From Azolla caroliniana (taxonomy: Eukaryota > Plantae > Polypodiophyta): a stretch of DNA of 64,000 nt. The translations under genes and the position numbers were made by a program. Positions within the stretch are counted from its first letter, which is position 1. Each line of letters starts with the position of its first letter. The notes below the pieces were generated by a model. It searched no databases. It was not told the origin of the DNA and saw only the letters and a list, made by a program, of their open reading frames with translations. Location of the stretch: positions 9,796,001 through 9,860,000 of the forward strand of contig JBHGNT010000011.1 in NCBI GenBank assembly GCA_043228905.1, given 5' to 3'. This document shows, in pieces, positions 48,101 to 59,541 of the stretch.

Positions 48101-48684
48101 CCGAGGACCATTTGGAGAGGCTACGCAAGATCCAGATGGATCTCTCTACTCACCTTCGTCATGCTCAACACACACAGAAGACTTATGCGGATCGTCATCG
48201 GATTCCCTCCTCTTTTGCCATCGGAGATCGAGTATGGCTCTTACGTCGTCACATCAAGACTACTCGACCGTGCGACAAGTTGGATTATCGACGACTCGGT
48301 CCTTTCCGTATTATGGGGAAGATTAATGATGTCACCTTCCACCTGGATCTCCCTCCGCAACTTCAGATACATCCGGTTTTCCATTGTTCTCTTCTTGAAC
48401 CTTATAAAGCAAACACCATTCCCGATCGTGTGACACCACCGCCGCCCCCGCTGGAGTTGGACGCCGGCCCGGAGTATGAAGTTGCTGCCATCCTCGATTC
48501 CAAACTTGTTCGCAACAAACTTTATTACTTGGTCGATTGGCTCGGTTATAGTCCGAGCGAACGTACTTGGGAACCCGTTGAGAATGTTGCCAATGCACAA
48601 GATCTTCTTGTTGATTTCCACCAAAAGTATCCGGACAAACCCGGTTCACAATTAGCGCCCACTCGTTCCACTCGTCGTCTTTAA
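45112..48684 (+). CDS. Pol (PR-RT-RH-IN-chromodomain) in the -1 frame relative to gag
   Basis: LLDSGA, YLDDLL, EADASD, H-H-C-C, LDFITD/SDRG/QAERTN, C-terminal EYEVAAILDS...YLVDWLGY...TWEP chromodomain; no ATG start, overlaps the gag end. Confidence 0.95.
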   Translation: MSPAKIGAIWLDNSPRSVQPISGSIPSKQVSNVFLAQVIVSTKSTPPVPVLALLDSGANSCFMDRNFAQASQISLRKLPCPASVVVIDGRPIASGNIVEESEPIQVVLGSFMCIISFNIISSPEHPIVLGLPWLELHNPAIDWRTREVRYRPPQEATHRVSTISLHQLREEGPKEAMFLFAISVHPSSTIKKDSSIQLPAKYHPYADVFDKVKAGTLPHHRPYDCPIDLQPGAEPPWGPIYNLSPTELEVLRAYIEENLASGFIRHSKSPAGAPIFFVKKKDGSLRLVVDYRGLNKVTIRNRYALPLISSLLERVNGAKFFTKIDLRGAYNLVRIRPGDEWKTAFRTRYGHFEYTVMPFGLTNAPAIFQHMANDIFRDLLDICLIIYLDDLLIYSKTQEEHDSHVLLVLKRLRENGLYAKLEKCSFDCKQVEFLGYIISSKGIAMDPAKIQTVLEWQIPRSVRDVQCFLGFANFYRKFIQDYSKIILPLTQLTKKGQAFLWSIEADMAFRHRKKAFTSAPILAHVDTSKPFIMEADASDFALRSILSQQGDKEELHPVAFHSRKFNVAEINYEIHDKELLAIVDSFVQWRHFLEGSPHQVIVFSDHKNLAYFQNARVLNRRQARWAQFLTRFNFEITYRPGKQQGKADTLSRSSYLAPRPGDATFDNQKQVILGPTRLHTTRIFHTPMDSRITDDIRATLKTDSFAQDILAHIDTSRASCSQSQQPGIDYRQFEYHDGLLFFKKRVYVPDCSCRLQIVQHCHDTHTAGHFGSTKTLELVQRSFWWPHMRRFVDDYVRTCDACCRAKMPRHHPYGLLEPLPIPSKPWQSICLDFITDLPVSKGFDAILTVVDRYTKMAHFVPCTKAITSEETAALVMREVFRHHGLLDSIISDRGPQFVSKFWQHLFRMLKVSCNLSSGYHPQTDGQAERTNQTLEQYLRCFLSYQQDDWAEILHFAEFAYNNAIHSSTRVSPFVAYTGFHPRWSVIDTPELPTNPRAEDHLERLRKIQMDLSTHLRHAQHTQKTYADRHRIPSSFAIGDRVWLLRRHIKTTRPCDKLDYRRLGPFRIMGKINDVTFHLDLPPQLQIHPVFHCSLLEPYKANTIPDRVTPPPPPLELDAGPEYEVAAILDSKLVRNKLYYLVDWLGYSPSERTWEPVENVANAQDLLVDFHQKYPDKPGSQLAPTRSTRRL

Positions 48685-51600
48685 GGGGGAGATAGTGTCA
48701 TGGCAAGACTCGAACCCATGACTTTATGCTACATGGGTCGAGCTCTTACCATTAGATTATGAATTGTATTTTGTAGGATATTATTTTCATTTATACTTTA
48801 TCATAGAAAATTGATGTATATTCCAGATCTCTCTGGAACATTCTAGAAGCTTCAGGATTATTCCTAAAAACACTATAAAAGGAGGCACAAGGCATTGTTT
48901 TGAACCAAATTGGTTCAACGCCAGTCTTAAGCCTCTTAGCTGCTTGTACTTATCTTTTCACATAATATATAACCGCTGTCATCATCTCTCTCTCTCTCTC
49001 TCATTCTCGCTATCTCTCTCTCTCCTCTTCTCACTTCCTCTCTCGGGAATCTTACGCAGTCCCGTCCTCTTAGTACTAATAGTACTGCTGTTCTTAGTAC
49101 TAATTCCATCTCTGTTTTAGTACTATTCCTGACAGGTTCTTGGCAAGTTGCATGCTGCTTATGTTGTCGCAGTAGATCAGGTTCGGGGTCGGCATCTCGA
49201 TCCTCAGGTCTTGCAGCAGTCGTTGAAGCCAAATGGCTTCACAGGTGGCGATGGTAGCGCCTCGATACTCAACCTCAATGCTCGATAGAGCCACTGTTGG
49301 CTGCTTTTTGCTGCGCCACGCAAGAGCCGCGCTACCAAGAGAAAACATATAGCCGAAAGTTGAATGGCGATCTGATGCATCGTCGGCCTAGTCGGCATCA
49401 GTGTAACCGACTAGCTCTTCGGTTATACCTCACCGGTATAACAGTCCCCAGTCCTTCATGCCGCTCACATACCGTAGTATTCGGTGCACGCATTGAAGAT
49501 GCTTGACGGTCGGCTTCTGCATGAATTGGCTAATCACACCGACCGGATAGTTGATGTCGGGTCGGGTAATGGTCAAATATATAAGGCTTCCGGCAATCTG
49601 TCAGAACCGTTTCTCATCGCAGGTCGGTCCGGAGTTGGGACAGAGCTTCTGGTTCCGGTCCAAGGGTGTAGAAATAGTGCGGCATTCCATCATGCCGAAC
49701 TTGTACAACATATTCAACACATAGTGCCTTTGTGAGAGCAATATGCCGTCGGGGGTTCGGATCACCTCGATCCCAAGGAAATAGTGAAGGTCCCCCAAGT
49801 CCTTCATCTCAAATGCGTCCGACATTCATCGATTCCAAGTCCGGTAATGACTACATCATTAACATACATCAAGATGCAAACCGGACCGTCCGAACCTTGC
49901 CGGATGAACAACGAAGAGTCGGACTTGGAGGCCGCAAACTCCAACTTACGCAACCAGTGCGTAATCTTCGCATTCCAAGCTCGGGGGGCTTGCTTCAGGC
50001 CATAAAGTGACTTCTTCATCTGGCATACAACCGACTTGTTCATCTCCGACTGAAAACCGGGAGGTTGGGTCATAAAGACCTCTTCTTCTAGATCGCCTTG
50101 AAGAAATGCATTCTTCACGTCCATCTGGTGAAGATGCCACTCCCTTGTCGCAGCAACCGCTAGCACTACCCGAACCGTCGTCATCTTCGCTACCGGAGCG
50201 AAGGTCTCGTCATAGTCGATTATGTGGGTCTGCGCGTATCCCTTTGCCACTAACCGGGCCTTTGTACCGGTTAACTGAACTGTCGGCATTGTACTTTACC
50301 TTGTACACCCACTTGCATCCGATCGGGTTACTGTGACAGGGAGGTTCAACCAGGTCCCATGTATTGTTGGCATCAAGTGCCCGCATCTCTTCCTCCATAG
50401 CGGCACGCCAATTTGCATCCCTTGCCACTTCTGCGTAGCTCCTCGGCTCACGCACTTCCGCCACCTTGGTCATGTATGCATAGTGATGCGCCATGTACTC
50501 ATTATACCCGTACTGCTTAACAGGTTCCTTCTGGCGGGTTGATCGGCGTAACCCACCGTTACCCGGTTTGAGGCCCTTCTTGGTCGGTTCGGTCTTTGTT
50601 GCCGAAGATCCGTCTTCTTTCATACCGGAGTCGGATCCGCTCCGATCCGACTCATCATTACTGGTTTCATAATCTGGCATCTTCTTCTTCCCCTTTTCTT
50701 TGCGCGTGAACCATCTCCTCGGTTCCTTGCGCAGGGAGAGCACGACAGAGTCTTCACTACTCGTCGGTTCCTCTTCTGACTGGTCGAATTGACCCAAGCT
50801 CTCGTTTGGCCCACTCAACCGAAACGATTCCGGACTCTCTTCTTGAGTCCCGGATTCATCATCTTCTATCTGGACCAGTTCAAGCTCACTAGCCTCATCC
50901 TCCGGTATCGGGTCGGGGTCAGAAGTCGGAGCCGGTAAGGCATACCATGATGTTGTCTCATCAAACTCATCGTCGCGGCTAACTCAGACCTACTTCGTCC
51001 GGGGGTTATAACACTTATACCCCTTTTGCTCATGTGAATAGCCGACGAGGATGCACTTCTCTGATTTTGAATCCAGCTTCCTCTGCTTCTCATCCCATAC
51101 ATGCACATATGCAATGCTACCGAATATCCGCAGGTGTCTCAAATTCGGCTTACGCCCGAAATACAGTTCATGCGCTGACACCTTGTCACCAACCCGGTTT
51201 TGGATGTAGACGGTCGTCAAGACCGTCTCCACCCAGTAGAATTTGGGCATGCTCTTCTTTTCCAACATTGCCCTTGCCGCGTCGACAAGTGACCGGTTCT
51301 TCCTCTCGGCCACACCGTTTTGCTATAGTGTGTATCTGCAACTAAACTCTCTCCAAATTCCTATTTGCTACAGATAACTGTTGAATTGGCCGAAAAAATA
51401 GTCTTTTCCGCCATCAGACCGCAGACACTTGATCTTCCTCACTTATTCCCGTTCCACCATGCTTTGGAGGTTCCGGAAACAGTCGAAGACTTTGCTCTTC
51501 CGCTCAATGAGGTAGATCCATGTGTGCCGGTTGAAGTCGTCGATGAAGGAGACGAAATATCGACTCCCGCCAAGACTCACGTTCTGTGCCCCCATACATC

Positions 51601-51924
51601 CGAATGAATAAGGTCGAGCTTGTTACTGCTACGATTTCGTTCGGTGGGGAATGGAAGCCGGTGTTGTTTCCCGAGTTGGCAGGCTTCACATACTTGGGCC
51701 TTCTGGCCACTAAACTTCGGCAAACCGAAAACAACTTGTTTCGTTTGGAGGTCTTGAAGCCTCCAATAATTGATGTGGCCGATCCGCTTGTGCCAGAGAT
51801 CGATGTCTGATTCAATCTTCTGTCTTTTGGCGAACAAAGCGGTGTCGAGGATGAACATCCTCCCGTCTCTACGCCCTTGCGCAATAATCTGGCCCTCCTC
51901 CTTGATGAAGCACCCGAGGTGCGT

Positions 51925-53004
51925 TGTTGTGAAGATTTTCGGCAATGGTTTGAAAATCACATAAAATGTACAAAATCGAGTATGAATCACATAAAACAAT
52001 AATAGTGAAGTATCTAAGTACAAAATGATGGAGGTCTTCAAGAGCTTTTCGAATACACTTTATTACACGAGAAACGGACAACTAGATGTCAAGATATGAG
52101 GGTATAAAGTTTGTGAAAGAAAAAGAGAAAACTGTGAGATATCCCACATAAGCACGACAAATACGGCTCTCATCATATATAAGGTAGAGAAAAAGCTATT
52201 ATCTTTGTGTCTTTGTGTTGAGCATAGAGAGTTCAAGGTAACTTGAACTAAGAGTGGAGGTGGCCTAGCCACTCGTAAAGGTTTTGACCAACCAAAACGG
52301 AATTGGACGGTAACCGATGATCGGCGGATCCGACGGAGCCGGTGACCTAGCAGTATCGGCATCCAACGGGCCGGCATCCGGTATCCGGCGACCAAATTAA
52401 TAAATAAATATATATCATATATATATGTACACGAGGAGGGCAAGTGAGGATTCAAACCTTGCACCTCCTAGTTAAGAGTCAATAGGCTTACCACTAAGCC
52501 ATGACAATTAGTTGAATTTATATTTCTATCATTGTACTTTTTACATGGAAATTCTCATACATGAGAGCTAAAATGAGTGACATGGTTATCATGCACCACA
52601 TGTAATTCATGAGCGCCAAATGGCAAACATGCATTTTATGCATGTCTTGTACCCTCACATGCATCATATGCATGTGAGCATTTATAAAAGAAGGGATGAA
52701 AAAGACGAAGGGTTAGGCTCTTTTGGTGATGAAATTAAGAAGAAGAAAATTCGTTATCGAATTGATCGTGTAACTTGTTTCTTAAAATCTAAAATCAAGA
52801 GTTAAAATCTTAATCTCAATATCTCTCTCTTGGCCATATCAATCTTTCTCAATCTAAGTCAAGCGTTTAATCTTAATCTCTTTCTCTATCTCAATCTATC
52901 CTAAATACTTTCTCGCTAAGCTTGGTGCGAACTTCGATCCTTCCGGTCCAGAACCCCGACGGTTCCGCCTCGCAATACGCGCCTAGTGATGGATCTTCAC
53001 AACA
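51925..53004 (+). mobile_element. Solo LTR of the 4-bp-TSD gypsy group, with a 12-bp terminal inverted repeat
   Basis: TGTTGTGAAGAT...ATCTTCACAACA, TSD GCGT, host frame QVRFTHLGC rejoins; U5 motif CCGGTCCAGAACCCCGACGGTTCC; antisense A/B box at 52441-52501. Confidence 0.87.
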
Positions 53005-55228
53005 GCGTAAACCGCACTTGCAAACCCTGGTCGACGATCTGTCCGACCGACACCAGGTTCTTCGTGATAGTCGGAACGTGTAATACGTTCATCAGCTTCC
53101 CCCTCTGTCCGACGTGGCTCAAAGGGACTTCTCCGACATGCACAATTGGGTGAGGAGTGTCGTCTCCGGTTTCGACAACTCCCGGTTGTTCCGGTTTCTC
53201 CAGGAAGGAGAACCACTCTTTGTGGTTCGTCATGTGATTTGATGCACCGGAATCAACGTACCACACTTCCTCCAATTTGGAAGTGGTCTTCTTCATCAAA
53301 TTTGCCTCGTGCTTCATCACCAAGGTTGGCCCCTTACCGGTCTTCCCAGTTTCGGATCCTCTCGATCCTTGCGCGTAATGCGAGCTTTGCCAGTTCTCCG
53401 GACCGGTTTTGCCGGATCCAGATCTATCCGAATCGATGCGCTTCTTCCAACACTCGCTTTCTCTGTGGCCCTTTTTGCCACAGTACCAGCATTCCGTGGC
53501 GGATTTGTCTTGCCGGCCTCCGGCGCCACCTTGACTCCCCCTGGTTGTGGAGGTCCCAGAACTGCTGTCGGCACGGTCTCTGTGCCGTCTTTCCTGCTCT
53601 TGTCGGCCGCCTCCAGTGCGTGCCGACCCGCCTCGTCCACCACGCCCACGGGGCCGATCCGCCTCTGTGTACAACATCTGGTTGTCGGTGGGTGCACTTG
53701 TTGACGCACCGGCGTGGTTCTCCTCTACAAGGAGCATCGACTATAAGGCGAAAAATGACGGCGTGTTCTCCCTCGTATAAACCGCCGTTTGGAAAGCTCT
53801 GAACCTGGACGCTAGCCCACCAAGGCACACTTGCACCATCTCATCCTTTTTGACGTTTACATTGACGGAAGCGAATGAGTTACAAAATTCCTTGATTCGG
53901 GCCGTGTAATCGACCATAGACAGATTTTTCTGTCGGACATTGCTGAGCTCCTGCGTGAGCTGCAGCTTCCTAGCCGTTGTGCTTGTGCGAAAACCTTCTT
54001 CAGGTTTCCCCAAGCTTCTTTTGGCTTCTTGGCATCTCGGATATGGCTTCGCAGCTGGTCTCCGACACTGGACGCGAAGCAGTACATCACTCTACTTGTC
54101 GCTTGTTCCCACACTAGGAAGTCCTTGTGTGCCGCATCAAGTGTTGTGTCGTTAGCTCCGTCGACATAGCTCCAGTACCCATGCCCAAGAAGGTACTGGT
54201 GCATCTTGTATGACCAAGATGTGTGGTTGAATTTGTCGATCTTCTCCACTGGGAGCGAGCTAACCATTCCTCTATCCATTTGTTTGTCTATTGTTCTATT
54301 CTTACAACGGTTAGGTTTTCTTCTTGCGAAAGCGAATGTCGGCTGCAGAGGTCTTCAACCCTCGCGCTCTGATACCATGTAGAGACAAATAGTGTGCAGA
54401 AGCAATAGAAAACAGAAAACAAGTTTAATGGAGAGCTTAACAGTACGCGGGAGAGACAGCGAGAGAGCACACATAAAAATTCAATTAAAAAATACTACTC
54501 AGTCTATACATCGTATGTGTTTAGTGAACACTTTTATACAACTCCATTCGGACTGACAGAAGTACGGTGTACTTCAATGCTCACACGAGCGTCTGACACT
54601 AACTACGAGATATTAACTCCCTAGTAGACTAGTTGCTACTTAGCTTCCGATTACTGCTTGATCTAGCTAACTGGCTCCCCAGCTCCCCAGCTCACTTGCT
54701 CACCGGCGCACCGATCCGGCTCATCCTTCTCGATGCCAATCTGGATCCGGTTGAGCTTGCCGCTCAACAGATGTCACTCAGCTTGTTCGAACACCAAATT
54801 TGCAATTCCCTAGCTGGTTGTACAGTGCATTTATTTCTTTGCACACAAAAGATCTTTAGCTACCTAGGTCTCCTGATATCCAAACTTTCTTCATGTTCTT
54901 AGAATCAGTTACCTATCATTTAAGTGAAATCAGTCCTCTTTAAGGTATTTTATTCTTCGTTGTTTTTTTCCTAACCCTGTCTTGGTTCAAAACCCTGACG
55001 GTTCCACTCACACATGCATGGATTCGACACCTCTAGCGATCACTTTTGGCACCTTTTGATTTGCCGCCCTAGTTCTTTTTCTTTTCTTTTTTTCTTTTTT
55101 TTCGTAAATCAATGTATTGTTATTAAAACAAGATGATAATACAACCCTTGCTATCTTCACTACATCATGAGTAGTGATAATGCATGGGAAACCCTCTCAA
55201 GTGTTGCAAAACTAGATGGCACATACCT

Positions 55229-58200
55229 CTATCTCCTCTCGGGACAATGTCCCCAAAGAACATAGTTGCGAAAATTGCCACACAATTTCCCTCTCATCCT
55301 ACGAAGTTGTTGTGTTACCCCATGAAGTCCATCAAACAAGAACCCATTTCTCATGGTCCAATTAAACCACATCCCCCAATACCTAAGGTAGTCAAACACG
55401 ATCTTATATGATGGTGTAGGCATGCCTTTATCGTCATCAATAAAAACCCAGTTAAAAGGTGACAAAATATTGCATGTTATCGATGCCCAAATTTGTGATA
55501 TAACCCCCCAAATGGCTTTAGCAACCGGACATGTAATGAACCTATGTCTGGCATCTTCCTCAACCACCGTGCAAAAAAAACATGTCCCATTTGAAATATT
55601 TCGTCATTTTAAAGACATCGCCAATGGCAACCCACCAATAATCACACGCCAAAGAAACACCTTAGCACGAAACGGAAGATGAGACTGCCATCCTGTATCC
55701 AGAACTCTAGTCCACCACTTTGCATGTCGAGTAATATACCATGTGTTTGCAACCTTGGTTGCTAACCAAGCTCTATCTTCAACCGACTTATGGTATACAT
55801 CATTAGTGTGCACCACAAAAATTGATTGTCCAATACCAAATGACCAATCTTTCCATGGGTCCGCAACCAGCAACATTGGAATCGGGAAAACTAATCTATG
55901 CAATGCCAATATTGATTCCCAAATGTACCCATATCCCCGTGGTATATGAAACTTATTTCTAACTGTCCTAAAGGCCATCATTTTCCTACATGACTGTAAT
56001 ATACCATCTTCCACCGTTACCAATCCTAGCCTGGCCATTCGATTAAACTGTGTATTTAGGTTTTCTTTTCCATCCCAATGTAGTAGCCTTGAAGATGCCA
56101 ATACCTCTGCTTCCAAGGAATTAATATCTTTTCTACACTAAAGGGGGCTCCAATGAAATAATTCCAAGCATCGCTGCCAAGAAAGCACTAATTGCTGGAC
56201 CATAATAGATTCTGAACATTTAAATGCACGGGTACTATTAACAACATGCCACCACGATGTTCTAATTCTGGTTTTCCCATGGTATATACCAACCTTTTCC
56301 ACAAAATAACGAATTATTTCTGCCCAAGATTGGGTACCTATGCACATACCTTTCAACAGATTGAATCTTCGAGCCACCATATGATCCTCCAAGTTTAGTA
56401 ATGCAACTCCCCCTAACCGTTTTGGAGTACAAATATTGTTCCATGATACCCAACTCATACCCAATCTTGATTCTTTCTTCCACAATGTATATTTAAGTGA
56501 ACGAGCTAATTGATCAAGTGATTTCTTTGAACAAGGTAATAATGGCAAAAAATAAGAAATCATTGGAATCATTATAGCTTGTACCACTTTGAGACGAGTA
56601 CTAAATGGCCATGCTTGAGACTTCCAATACATAAATTTGTCTAAAATGGTCCCCGATGTCACGGATCATAAGCTCAAGAGACAAGCAAGAAGATAATCAA
56701 ATGGACAAGAAAGAAGATAGTATTAAAGGAAAGACTCCATAACTGGTGTTGTTCACCTTGAATTCCTTCAAGGTGAACTCCTCTATTTATACTACAGGGC
56801 ATGCATACTTGTTGCACACATGTGAATCTACAATAGAGCATGTAGGTATGCATGCATGTGCCAAGTGTAAATACTACAAGGGAGCAACTATGCACATGAT
56901 GCTAGCAAAATAATAAGGACCAATTACATACATAACTATGTACTAGATATCTTGGTTAACTCATAATACTAGATTATAACATGGTCATGTCAAGAGTTCG
57001 AATCTTGACACCCAATATCCAATTCAAACTTTGATACATTGAGATATCAACACCAATAGGGTAACCTAAGTGTCGACACACATTGCCTTGATCCAATATT
57101 TGGCCACACCATCCAAGATCCACCAAATCACTCTCAGTGCATCTAATGAGCATCGACTTTCGCATATTTATATGTAATCCTGACGCCAATGCAAACACAT
57201 TCCACACCTCCATGTCTTTTGCTATATTATCAGGTACTGCTTTGAGAAATAAGAACGAATCATCAGCCAATGCCTGTGCTATCAATTGGTTTCCTGATGG
57301 TAGTGCTAGTCCAACTATTTCCCCACATGTTGCCAACTCATGTATCTTCACCAAAATCGGGTGTGTAGCAATTGCAAATAACAATGGACTCAATGGGCAT
57401 CCTCGTCGAAGTGATCTTGCCAATGGTATTGCTTTAGTTACTCCACCATTTAACATAATGTGTGACACTACACCTAATCCAAGCAACAAGGGAATGCGAG
57501 ACATCCTTTCCCCAAAACCCATATGGGACAAGAGTTGATTAATAAAAGACCAACTTACATGATCATATGCCTTCTCGATATCTAGTTGAACCATTACAAT
57601 TTGTTGTTTGGATTCTTTTGCATAATCCACTGCCATTTGCACATTCAAAATATTATGCAAGATATCCCTTCCTTTAATAAACCCATATTGCATTGGATGA
57701 ACCACAGACGACAATACCTTTTGAATTCTATTTGCAATTACTTTGGCAAAAATCTTATACAGCCCACCCATTAATGATATCGGTTTCCATTGAGCAAAAG
57801 ACGTAGGAGATGCCACTTTTGGTATAAGCTTAACTAGGCCTATTTTCCATGAATCGGGCATTTTATCAGAACTCTACACTTCTTGGAATAACATTGTTAG
57901 AGGACCTTTCAGTTCTTTTACAAATGCTTTAAAAAACTCATTCATAATGCCATCCCAACCTGGGCTTTTATCAACTGAGAGATGTGACAATACATATTCG
58001 ACCTCCTCCTCTTGTATATCCTCCTCCATGGTCCACATGTCATGTTGCCCACCAATCATTGTAACTGAGTTAAAGAACATTGATCTCGCTTGTGTTATGT
58101 CATCATTTAGATTACCTTCTTGCCCAAAAAGATTCTTGAAATGCTTAACACACTCATCAATAATCACTTGTGGGTTTGTATTTAAAGTTCCATCACTCTC

Positions 58201-59379
58201 TACGCATACCACATTCATCCTTGCATGAGATGCATGCAACCCATGGAAAAACTTATGTGAATGACAATTGTGATCATGTACTTCACTTTTCATAGCCATC
58301 ACCCGTGATTGTTGATAACTACAAACCTCTAACACTTGTAAAGCATGTGACAATGCCTCTTGAATATCCAACAACACATCATCAAATGGACATTTCACCA
58401 ACAATGCATTACATCTGTCTAGAAATTGTTGGATTAAAGTCATCTTTTGTTTACGGATGGAAGCTTGATGAATTCCATAATATCGTGTAAAATGTTGAAT
58501 ATTAGAGAGACAAACATCCCATGATGAAAGACCATGAACATTGACTTGTCTAGTTAACTCTTCCACCAATTGTCCCATAGCATGTTTAAAGTTATTATGT
58601 CCAAGAAAAGATGAAGTAAACCGCAATGGTGGTTTTCCCAATAATGATCTAAAGTCATCCATAGTTTGATGTGTGCAGTCCGACACAATCGGGAAGTGAT
58701 CTGATAATCCAACCCCCCTATACATTTGCATAGTCATAAGCGATGGTAAGAATGTTTCATCATACAAAATGTAGATTCGATCCAATCTACTCCAAGTCTA
58801 TCTATATTGTGCAGATTGAAAAGTATAACCAACCTCATGTCCATTAATCCAAGTCCATGCATCATACCTTAAGACCTCCATCATAAACAAATCCCAAACC
58901 TTTCGTTCAGGAGCATCCATGAGGCCATGCATCAAAGTAGATTGACCCACCTCTGAACACATGTTAAAATCACCTAACAAAAAACTTGCTCTTCCATGGC
59001 GTAAAACTTGATGTAAAGCTCTCCATAGATTGATACGTTGTCCTGCAACATTTGGTGCATAAATACCTACCACCCACATCTTATTCCCTTCATAATTAAC
59101 TTCAACCACCAAGAACCGACCATGAACATCTCTTTGAACCACTATTGGTTTCAAGATGTCCCTTACAATAAGCATTATGCCTAAATACAACCCTCTAGTG
59201 ACCCCAACATAAAACACATGATATTGCTTATACTGAAGAGAAGACCCAGACCTAGCATGCTCCTTATGTTCTACTGCACATAATACATCCCATTGACTAA
59301 TAAAAACAGTTTTCCACATACTATATCGCTTAGACGAAGAACAAATTCCCCTTACATTCCATGTGACTATTTTCATCAA
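55229..59379 (-). pseudogene. LINE ORF2 (endonuclease, RT, zinc finger) with stops and a solo-LTR insertion
   Basis: VTWNVRG, GIYAPN, LGDFN, SDHFP, KSPGWDG, DIEKAYD, GCPLSPLLF, LADDS, HLGYP. Confidence 0.9.
56657..57010 (-). mobile_element. Solo LTR (354 bp) inside the LINE RT; orientation inferred
   Basis: TGTCA...TGACA, TSD CCCGA/CCCAA, LINE frame WILG|TILD rejoins; B-box hairpin at the terminus. Confidence 0.85.
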
Positions 59380-59541
59380 TCACTAATTAGGATGTTTGTT
59401 GGCTTGTTCACATTCCTGTTGTGCCAATATGTTGGGTATATCCCCGAAATAATCACTTAAAACAGCAAATGCATTTTGCACAAATGGTTGATGTCTATCG
59501 GTGGATATCATTGTACCCCGCGAACTATTTCTTTTCCAATT

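Larger units (their letters stand above)
43450..49134 (+). mobile_element. Intact young Tcn1-like chromovirus (Ty3/gypsy)
   Basis: 439-bp LTRs 43450-43888 and 48696-49134 (2 differences seen), TSD GGTTC, PPT AAGGGGGAGATAG, no tRNA PBS. Confidence 0.97.
42220..54769 (-). mobile_element. Decayed Ty1/copia element (same lineage as 11165-16637) with two nested insertions
   Basis: LTRs 42220-42611 and 54378-54769, TSD GATGT, PBS iMet 54366-54377, PPT; gag (LPVEKIDKFNHTSWSYKMHQYLLGHGYW), PR WYVDSGASNHMT, IN, RT and RH fragments. Confidence 0.94.

Noticed and set aside
51925-53004. MITE/DNA transposon, because of the 12-bp terminal inverted repeats
   Set aside because: TG...CA ends, the shared U5 motif, and the same cassette/CATG-rich/TATA order as LTR 8896-9666 favour a solo LTR.
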